From: Octopus bimaculoides
Taxonomy: Eukaryota
Assembly (NCBI RefSeq): GCF_001194135.2
Contig: NC_068984.1
Location: 13,241,576-13,305,575, forward strand
Length of the DNA: 64,000 nucleotides
Reading direction: 5' to 3'
Shown: positions 53,941 through 64,000 of the stretch, one piece after another
How positions within the stretch are numbered: position 1 is the stretch's first letter
How the letters are laid out: each line of letters opens with the position of its first letter
Translations under genes and position numbers: made by a program
The notes under the pieces: model-generated
Database searches by the model: none
Told to the model about the DNA's origin: nothing
Seen by the model: the letters and a program-made list of their open reading frames with translations, nothing else

Positions 53941-55018
53941 ATTCACTCCTACGCACACACGCACGCACACAAACTTCCACAGTTCGTCTGACTGCCTGTC
54001 CGTCCCTTTCTGTCTTATTCTCTCTCCTTACCTTCTCTTTTATCGCTCTACCTCTACACCTCTTCCTCACCCTCACCCCTCACCCCTCACCCCTCACCCG
54101 TCTTCTCTCTTCCTACTTACCTTTCTTCATCCCCAACCTCTTTTCCTCTCTATACGAAACACAGCAAGGTATAACTTGGCTGAACCAAACCCAGACCTGT
54201 CCAATTACTATTAATTCTCATTCTCTTTTAGGCTGAACCATATTGAAGCTCCCAAACAAACAAGACCGCCCTTTTCCAATTGGTACGCCTTACATTAACT
54301 GGGATCCAGAGTGAGTTACTAGCATGCTAATTGCTTTGTTGAAACTTGATATTCGATATCGACCCAGCAACTGAATGTAGCAAGGCGTTGAGTAGTAATA
54401 TATGTCTTATAACAAGGTGACATATCGATTTTGGCGTATTATGGGCTCCTTTTCAAATCTAACGTTCCTAGCAGCAGCAGCAGTAGTAGTGCTTTGAATG
54501 CTTTCCATATCAGGGTCAGTTTTAGTATTATTGATTTGCCTATTTAGGCATTGGGCCACAAATGGAGAGGAAGAGGAAACCCCAGGGTGGGACGTTCATG
54601 CCTTTTTTTTCAAAGAGAATTTAACGGCATAAATAAAATTAATAGGTTTAATCAGAGAATCGGAACTTGATGATGATGATGGTTTCTAACTTGTCGAAAG
54701 CTAACTTCTACTCTTTTATTCTTTTACTTGTTTCAGTCATTTGACTGCGGCCATGCTGGAGCACCGCCTTTAGCCGAACAGATTTACAGGTACGTAAACA
54801 CACCGACATCGATTGTCAAGCGATGGTGGGAGGACAAACACAGACAAACAACTACATACATACATACATACATACATACATACATACATACATACATACA
54901 TACATACAAACATACATACATATACTTGGAGATGGATGCGTGGCGTTCAATTAAATAATGATATAAATAGATTGTGAGTGGATTTGATAAACGGAAACTG
55001 AAAGAAGCCCGTCGTGTG

Positions 55019-55080
<62 letters not shown>

Positions 55081-55318
55081 AGGCGGCGAACTGGCAGAAA
55101 CGTTAGCACGCCGGGCGAAGTGCTTAGCGGTATTTCGTCTGCCGCTACGTTCTGTGTTCAAATTCCGCAGAGGTCGACTTTGCCTTTCATCCTTTCGGGG
55201 TCAATCAAATAAGTACCAGTTACGCACTGGGGTTGGTATAATCGACTTAATCCGTTTGTCTGTCCTTGTTTGTCCCCTCTGTGTGTAGTCCCTTGTGGGT
55301 AGTAAAGAAATAACACAC
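55081..55318 (+). mobile_element. SINE family A (variant tail), near consensus; preceded by SINE B pieces at 54710-55020
   Basis: aggcggcgaactggcagaaacgttagcacgccgggcg; tail variant shared with 13569-13640. Confidence 0.9.
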
Positions 55319-56278
55319 ACATATANNNNNNNNNNNNNNNNNNNNNNNNNNNNNNNNNNNNNNNNNNNNNNNNNNNNNNNNNNNNNNNNNNNNNNNNNNN
55401 NNNNNNNNNNNNNNNNNNNNNNNNNNNNNNNNNNNNNNNNNNNNNNNNNNNNNNNNNNNNNNNNNNNNNNNNNNNNNNNNNNNNNNNNNNNNNNNNNNNN
55501 NNNNNNNNNNNNNNNNNNNNNNNNNNNNNNNNNNNNNNNNNNNNNNNNNNNNNNNNNNNNNNNNNNNNNNNNNNNNNNNNNNNNNNNNNNNNNNNNNNNN
55601 NNNNNNNNNNNNNNNNNNNNNNNNNNNNNNNNNNNNNNNNNNNNNNNNNNNNNNNNNNNNNNNNNNNNNNNNNNNNNNNNNNNNNNNNNNNNNNNNNNNN
55701 NNNNNNNNNNNNNNNNNNNNNNNNNNNNNNNNNNNNNNNNNNNNNNNNNNNNNNNNNNNNNNNNNNNNNNNNNNNNNNNNNNNNNNNNNNNNNNNNNNNN
55801 NNNNNNNNNNNNNNNNNNNNNNNNNNNNNNNNNNNNNNNNNNNNNNNNNNNNNNNNNNNNNNNNNNNNNNNNNNNNNNNNNNNNNNNNNNNNNNNNNNNN
55901 NNNNNNNNNNNNNNNNNNNNNNNNNNNNNNNNNNNNNNNNNNNNNNNNNNNNNNNNNNNNNNNNNNNNNNNNNNNNNNNNNNNNNNNNNNNNNNNNNNNN
56001 NNNNNNNNNNNNNNNNNNNNNNNNNNNNNNNNNNNNNNNNNNNNNNNNNNNNNNNNNNNNNNNNNNNNNNNNNNNNNNNNNNNNNNNNNNNNNNNNNNNN
56101 NNNNNNNNNNNNNNNNNNNNNNNNNNNNNNNNNNNNNNNNNNNNNNNNNNNNNNNNTATATATATATGGGTACAGGAGGTCACCAACTGTAAGCAACATG
56201 GAATACGAAAACAAATGAGTTAAATTCACAAACAACGAGAGAAAAAATGGAAAACAGGACAAATAACACAAAGTTGTC

Positions 56279-56334
<56 letters not shown>

Positions 56335-56335
<1 letters not shown>

Positions 56336-57450
56336 CATGACAGGCTTCTTTCAGTTTCCGTTCAACAAATCCTCTCACAAGGCATTGGTCGGCCCGAGGC
56401 TATAGTAGAAGACATTTGCCTAAGGTGTCACGCAGTCGAACTGATACCCGGAGCAATGTGGTCGGGGAACAAGCTTCTTACCACACAACCACTCCTGCAC
56501 CTAACAGTTTAAGTATTATCACAAATGAAATAATGGCGGTGAGGTGGTAGAGTCGTTACTGTGAGGGTCAAACTGTTTAACAGCGTTTCTTTTTGTAATA
56601 AGGCGGATGGCGACTTAACCTTCCATCTTTTCGATGTCGATAAAATAAAATAAAATAAGTACCAGATGAGCACTGGGGGTCGATGTAATTGACTTATCTC
56701 CTCCACCAAACTTCCTGGCCTTGTGCCAAAATTTGAAACTCTTATTTGTAATAGAATAAAGGCGGCTAGCTGGTGGAAGGGTTACTGAACCGGACAAACT
56801 GCAGAGCGACATTCCTTCCCTTATTTCCATCTCGAGTTCTAATACCGCCGACGTTGACTTTACTTTTCAACATTACATGGTCTATTAAATAAGTACCTGT
56901 TGTGCACAGGGGTCGACGTAATCGACTTCGCCCCTCCCTTCAAAAATTCCGGCCCCCCTTGTCAAAATTAAAAATGGATTATTATTAAGGCGCAGGAGTG
57001 GCTGTGTGGTAAGTGGCTTGCTTACCAACCACATGGTTCTGGGTTCAGTCCCACTGCGTGGCACCTTGGGCAAGTGTTTTCTTCTATAGCCTCGGGCCTA
57101 CCAAAACCTTGTGAGTGGATTTGGTAGACGGAAACTGAAAGAAGCCCGTCGTATATATGTATATATATATATGTATGTGTGTGTGTATGTTTGTGTGTCT
57201 GTGTTTGTNNNNNNNNNNNNNNNNNNNNNNNNNNNNNNNNNNNNNNNNNNNNNNNNNNNNNNNNNNNNNNCATCGCTTGACAACCGATGCTGGAGTGTTT
57301 ACGTCCCCGTAACTTAGCGGTTCGGCAAAAGACGACCGATAGAATAAGTACTAGGCTTACAAAGAATAAGTCTTAGGGTCGACTTGCTCGACTAAAGGCG
57401 GTGCTCCAGCATGGCCGCAATGAAATGACTGAAACAAGTAAAAGAGTAAT
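56335..57450. mobile_element. SINE cluster: B minus (56335-56500), A plus (56532-56745, 56759-56975), B plus full length (56992-57450)
   Basis: Family motifs as above. Confidence 0.88.
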
Positions 57451-58734
57451 GAAATATGCTAGTATCATGTGTAACAGTAGAAATAACATCTAACGAAGTA
57501 GAGTGAATACATGGTTTCAATTCCTGGTCTTTCTTATTTTCCACTTCAATATCTCTTGTGTCCTGTAACTGAAACTTGCTTTCGAGTGTCAACAAGGTTA
57601 TTTAATCAAGCATTAATAGTTATGATTAATAATGATTAATGAATCAGAGAATATAGACATCTGACGTTTTGCACCTATATATTTCATATGTGTACGAAAT
57701 TAAGAGCTTATCAGTTTATTAGTAATTAACAAGTTAATTAACTAATTAGATGAAAGACGTGTAGACTAAAGGTGATCTTCAATATAGGTTTAGTGGTGTG
57801 GTAAAATCGATATCTCTCATTATTGTAAGTAACTTGGACTGTATCTTCCCTCTCATCCTTACATTGTTGATAAATATATAATTGAAAATTAGTGTGCAGG
57901 TGATTGTACAGACAGTAGAGTACCTGAATAGAAACTGTATGTTATCTAATTCTGTGATTCAAGTTTGTTCTAGTTCAATAGCTCAATAGTTACAGTACCG
58001 GTAATATGCTGGTCGATCAGTAGATTAGTTCTTCTAGTAACACATTTTATTTCCTGCCTGATCAAAATATTTCTTAGAAATATATAAATTTATATTTACA
58101 AAGGTGCCGACGTGGTTCTGTGGCAAGTAAGAAGCTTGTTTGCTAACCACATCATTACAGGCTTAGTTTAACTGCGGAGCACCTTATACTATATGTGTGT
58201 GTTATACTATATGTCTTATACTATATGTGTGTGTGTGTGTGTGTGTGTGTTTGTTTGTTTCAGCTACTACTTGACAACCGTTGTTAGTATGTTTACATTC
58301 TCGTAACTTAGCGGTTCGGCAAAAGTGGCCGATAGACTAAATACTGGGGTAAATTCATTCAAGTAAAAATTCTTCAAGGTAGTGCGCCTGCACGGCCACC
58401 GTGGTATAAAAAAAGTAGGACAAAAGACGGGTACACACAAAGTCAGTTACTTATACATATTGGGATTATGGCCTTACATTACAACTAACATTATGCCTTG
58501 AAGCGATGTTGCGCAAACGTTTCTCTTTTCCCATCAAATATAAAATTAGGGATTTTTTGTCTATTGCAACATCAGATATAAAGCAGTACAACAGATAAAA
58601 GTAATGTAAGTCGAATAGTTGGTTTGTTTTCACCCATTTCCGTGATAGCATGCTGAAAGGATCTCTGTAAAAATGGGAGGCAGTCTAATTCACTTTTACC
58701 TGAAATATGGAGATTTATATATATATATATATAT

Positions 58735-58791
<57 letters not shown>

Positions 58792-59225
58792 TGTGCGTGT
58801 GTTTATTTATATTATAATATCACATTAAGTACTATGGATATAAATATATAACATAACAATATTATATAACATAAATAACTATGAAAACCNNNNNNNNNNN
58901 NNNNNNNNNNNNNNNNNNNNNNNNNNNNNNNNNNNNNNNNNNNNNNNNNNNNNNNNNNNNNNNNNNNNNNNNNNNNNNNNNNNNNNNNNNNNNNNNNNNN
59001 NNNNNNNNNNNNNNNNNNNNNNNNNNNNNNNNNNNNNNNNNNNNNNNNNNNNNNNNNNNNNNNNNNNNNNNNNNNNNNNNNNNNNNNNNNNNNNNNNNNN
59101 NNNNNNNNNNNNNNNNNNNNNNNNNNNNNNNNNNNNNNNNNNNNNNNNNNNNNNNNNNNNNNNNNNNNNNNNNNNNNNNNNNNNNNNNNNNNNNNNNNNN
59201 NNNNNNNNNNNNNNNTATATATAAG

Positions 59226-59545
59226 GAGCACTCCGTCGGTTACGACAACGAGGGTCCCATTTGATACGATCAACGGAACAGCCTGCTCGTGAAATGAACG
59301 TGCAAGTGGCTGAGCACTCCACAGACACGTGTACCCTTAACGTAGTTCTCGGGGATATTCAGTGTGACACAGTGTGACAAGGCTGGCCCTATGAAATACA
59401 GGTACTACTCATTTTTGCCAGCTGAGTGGACTGGAACAATGAGAGATAAAGTGTCTTGCTGAAGGACACAACCTGTCACCAGGAATTAAACTCACGACCT
59501 TACGGTCGTGAGCCGAATGCCCTAACCACTAAGCCACACACCCTC
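59226..59545 (-). mobile_element. SINE family C-related, near full length
   Basis: gcactccgtcggttacgac tail to cctaaccactaagccac head. Confidence 0.88.
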
Positions 59546-60238
59546 ACACACACACACACACATATATATACATACGTACATACATACATACATATAGATA
59601 TGTTCATATATGTCAGTATTTATGGATGTGCACTAACACATCAGAAGAGTACACAGGCAGACTAAATAACAGGCTGGAAATACAAGAGATTCGAGGTTAG
59701 CTTATATTGTAGCCGTCGATCAGATTAGGACCAATTACATATCAATAGGTCTTAGTAACGTTCTATACCTAGTTCGAAAGCATTTATTCTATCTATATTC
59801 TCGTCATTGAACCCAAAGTCAGGACTGACGTAAAATACCCATGATTAAAAGCATTCAAGCTATATCATTTCTGGTATCATTATGCATGTGTAGGACTACA
59901 GGCACCTAGTGTATTATTTCGTTCTTTAAGACAGGAAGGAATGATTTGAGGGAGATTTTCGATAATATTTTCTAGCCTTTCGAGTAAGCACGTAGGCGCT
60001 CACACATTATTCGTTGGAATTTATTACTGGTAGCGAACGGAAGAGATTTGTGTACAAAGTCAATAACTAAAATATAGACAGAATATATGTCAGCAAAGAC
60101 ATACACACACACACACGTAAGTGGACAAACGAAAGTAAGTGGCGCTCAAAATATGTGGTATAATATCTGATGGGATGAACGTGTTCTCCTCACCAACGAA
60201 ACTTTTGATGTATGAAACTGAATCAAGCTGTTAACTCA

Positions 60239-60274
<36 letters not shown>

Positions 60275-61487
60275 GTGTGTGTGTGTTTCTTTGTGTGTCT
60301 GTGGATATGTAAGGTAAATTCGGATTTTGTAAAATCTTTGTGCATTCCTGAAGCATCACTCGAAAGGAATACTCGGTAATCTACGTATCAAGACTTTGTT
60401 TTGTAGTTCCCTCATTTATATATGTGTGTGTGTGTGTGTGTGAAAAAATGTATGTATATGTATATATAAATGAGCAACAACATTGTATCCACGCTGAATC
60501 CCATCTATCATGTCGACAACTCTGAGTCTATGACAAATCAGCATATTTTGCTTGAAAGAAGCAAAAATAAATAAATAAATAAATAAATACATTTTTGCGA
60601 GTTATAAACTTACATTTTCTTTCACTTGAAGAGCGATTCTTTATCCAGAACATCATATTAATGATCATGTTCAGAAAAAAAAAAAAGAGAGAGAACTGTT
60701 TGGAAGACCAAGAAGCATGACACTCTTGTGTCAGTTTTGCAAAAGGCAGGGAAAAAACCCCAAATGACTTTGTCATGTGACACGCACGACACCCTGTCTG
60801 TAGTGAATGTGCTCTTAAGAGGACAAAGTCACGATAAAAGAAATACATGAAAGGAACAAATATGAACGAATAGAGCAACATCAAAGTTTGTACAGAGAGA
60901 AAGATGGTAGAAATCTAGAAGTTGGGTGGGTGACTGGGAAATATTAAGAGAGGAAGTTTTGTCTTTTTCTGTGTATCTGTGGCTTCTCGAGGTGAGGGAG
61001 TTAGATTTAAAGAGCAATTGGAGGTAGTGAGATTTCGGAATCGCTATTACGCCGAACAAATTACTTAGCAGTATTCCTCCCGGCTCTGTGGTTTCTGAGT
61101 TCAAATTACCCCGAGGACCACTTCACCGTTCGCACTTTCAAGATCTATAAAATAAATACTAGCTGAGCACCCGAAACAATCAAATTACCCCTCCACTCGA
61201 AATTCCTGGTTTTGTGCCAAAATTTAGAAATAATTAGAGCAATTGTTCTTTTTCTCGCTTTTGTTTATCGTTATTAACGACGAATCCAAATGTAAAAGAT
61301 CGAATAAATAACATAGGAAGTATTTTTGCCTGTTCAATTGAAATACGATTTTTTATTAAAGTTTCCTTATCAGGCTGAGAATAAGCTAATGCAAATATTA
61401 TCCATTACCTTCAACGTTGCAGTCTTTAATGCTGAGTCTTAATACAGCAAGCGGGTTTCAATGCAGATAAAAAAATTAATAAGTACC

Positions 61488-61833
61488 GACAAAGGCACTC
61501 AGAGAGCGCAAACCTCCGCCAGGGCAAAAACCAACATCCTCTCAACGATTAGCCAGAGATGATTTTAAAATTGAGAATATCTGAAATAAACTCGACTGCT
61601 CTCTAAGTTAAAAAAAAACACAAAAAAACACAGGAAAAGTAATCCAGAATCCTTGTCCGGTACCGGATTGATCCCAAAATCTAATCATTTCGTGCAGGTC
61701 ATGAGGCCTAACATCTCTGAAAGTTTCATCCGAATCCATCCAGCGGTTCTTGAGTTATCCTGTCCACGGTCAAACAACGAAGCAAACGCGACTGAAAAAC
61801 AATACCAGTGCCTTCGCTGAGTCGGAGAGAATA
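61488..61833 (+). mobile_element. Helentron-associated non-autonomous element, second copy
   Basis: Collinear with 24149-24527. Confidence 0.65.
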
Positions 61834-61919
61834 AATACTTGCCAAAACTAGTGATCAATTCAATTGATAACACGTTCTGTTCTATCTCAAACCTCTGGAT
61901 AATAAAGTAACTTGCTTCA

Positions 61920-62137
61920 AGGCGGCGAGCTGGCAGAAACGTTAGCACGCCGGGCGAAATGCTTAACGGTATTTCGTCTGTCTTTACGTTTTGAGTTCAA
62001 ATTCCACCGAAGTCAACTTTGCCTTTCTTTCATCCTTTCGGGGTCGATAAATTAAGTACCAGTTGCATACTGAGGGCGATCTAATCGACTAGCCCCTCCC
62101 CCAAATTTTCGGGCTTTGTGCCTGGAGTAGAAAAGAA
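61920..62137 (+). mobile_element. SINE family A, near consensus
   Basis: ggcggcgagctggcagaaacgttagcacgccgggcgaaatgc. Confidence 0.92.
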
Positions 62138-63343
62138 TATTTATTTTTCTGTTATTGGTATCAATATAATAAGTACCGGGCATGTTCTGGTATCGATTTA
62201 TCATCTTCTTTCCATTCCAATATTCATTTAATTATAATTATGTATAATTCAATGTTAAATGCATTTAAATACCAGCCTTATCTTCCCCATGTATGAGGCT
62301 ATTATGAACTCATACCACATTAATTCTGTGACTCCCATGGAATTTCAAAGATATACTCAGTTATGTCTCCATTGGACTTGGTTTCAATGTTTGGCAAATG
62401 ACATTGCGGTTGGTGATACCAAAGTAAAGTAGAAAATTGAAACTCAGAATGGTAAATAAAAACAAAAGCAGGACCAAATATCCTTAGACACGCCAAAAGT
62501 TCCAGAAATTCTGTACCGGTATTTCATTACTCAACCTCGAAAGGGGAGAAGGAAAAATTAATCATTGCGGGATTTGAACTCGAAGTGCAGACAACTGGAA
62601 CCAAATTGGCAAGATAGTTAATCCAATGCGGCAATGATAATACCAGTTCAGCATAAATACGTGTCAAAAGCATAAAGATCGAAACCTTTTTATTTTGAAT
62701 TTAGAATATACAAAAAGTAACATTGTTGAGTGAGATCAGAATTGGAGCCTTTGGTTCAAAAAAGGCCCCATTTTCGACTGAATACAGGAAGTTTGAACTA
62801 GCAACTTAGGAATCGTAAGTTCTAATGTATTGTGTCTGTTTTATTTGTTTCGTAGCTAATGTTTTATATTTCCAGATTTTCTCTTTGATACAGTCAAATA
62901 CTTACTACTTCGCCAACAAAACCCATCAAAAGTAACTATCAACATTTACTATACATTCTGTAACACTTATGTATTCATTGTACTGATCTTATTTTTTTTC
63001 TTTTCGTTTGTTCAGCTGCTAAATTTTTTCATCATTTTATTTACTTCTTTATTTGCCGCTTTTCCTCTCCGTCTCATTTGTGGGACTCTTTTTCATCAAA
63101 ATAGTTTTCTCTGAAGGTCACAAAAACCATCTTTCCTGAGAATCATAGATGTAACCCTTAAACACTGGCTTCCTTTAATCTACATAAAACACAACTCTAG
63201 ATTTCTTTAACCTACGTAAAAATAACTTTCTACCCTGTGGGGATAAAACGTCTATATCTTCTTACAAAATCTATTTATTTTGTTTACATGTTTTTTCTTC
63301 TTTTTTATCCTTCAATAATCTTATTCAACAAATTTATGGCTTC

Positions 63344-63429
63344 TCATAAAACCTTTTTATTCATTGCTTGGCGTTGCTCTTGCGAATTATAGTAGCTCTT
63401 TAAATCATCAAATATATTATGATTCCTCC
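63344..63429 (-). CDS. Candidate orphan exon (..GRNHNIFDDLKSYYNSQEQRQAMNKKVL*), protein not recognised
   Basis: Strong acceptor ttctttttcatttctttctgcgccAG on minus; one open frame; AATAAA downstream. Confidence 0.2.
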
Positions 63430-63546
63430 CTGGCGCAGAAAGAAATGAAAAAGAATCTTGTATTACATTGCTGTAATAATCTTTTATACTCTACCTCTAC
63501 AAAATCGAAGAAGTCATTCAACTGAGAAATACGAACAACGCACACG

Positions 63547-63581
<35 letters not shown>

Positions 63582-64000
63582 TATTATTATTATTATAACC
63601 ACAATGATAATAATGATAACAACTACACTGATTTCTGTAAATTTGTATAAGACATTTAATATAAAAGAGCAAAATAACATTTTGAAAGCAATACAATAAA
63701 AAACAAAATAAAAAAGAATGCATTGTTTTCCCTTCTTTGCACTTCACTCTCCCAAACTACTTTTAACACAAAGCATTTTCGAAATTGGTGTCAACACGAA
63801 ACCATAAAACTTCCCTGAAAAATCCATATCATTTTAAAAACAAACAAACAAACAAAAAAGAGCAGGAGTGATCCCCGAAATATTACGATATTCATTAGAA
63901 GCAAAGGATTCCCTGAAGGTGCTTATTTTTCTTTTTCCGGAGAGAATGCTTCCGGAAAATATTAATCCGGGGATTTCTGGAATGGGATACAGCAGGAATG

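Noticed and set aside
58570-58612. 30-nt microexon candidate (catcAG|...|GTAAGT)
   Set aside because: Too short to support without RNA data; such signals are common by chance in AT-rich DNA
60345-60370. ttcCTGAAGcatcactCGAAAggaa hammerhead-like string
   Set aside because: Core G8-A9, helix II and the cleavage triplet are missing

Overview
AT-rich, repeat-saturated eukaryotic DNA with 11 N-gaps, nearly all bordered by microsatellites. The recurring tRNA-derived SINE families are ones I associate with Octopus (probably the O. bimaculoides draft assembly); this is recognition, not a database result. No host gene can be identified. Almost all ORFs in the supplied track come from microsatellites, N-runs or SINEs. 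The only recognisable protein remnants are decayed transposons: three R4/Dong-like REL non-LTR retrotransposon pieces, two RTE-clade LINE pieces and a mariner transposase. There are also two Helentron-like non-autonomous elements. The most interesting signal is a tRNA(Ser)-headed SINE-like element whose 3' part carries a minimal type I hammerhead ribozyme of the Penelope-associated, dimer-dependent kind. It has an intact-looking copy at 11834-12088, a damaged copy at 38925-39322 and an inverted truncated copy at 11621-11813. A second minimal hammerhead lies in a Penelope-LTR-like piece at 40616-40651. Also notable are a ~425-nt near-perfect foldback (2978-3403), a CpG-rich island (44960-45480) and a few orphan exon-like segments.
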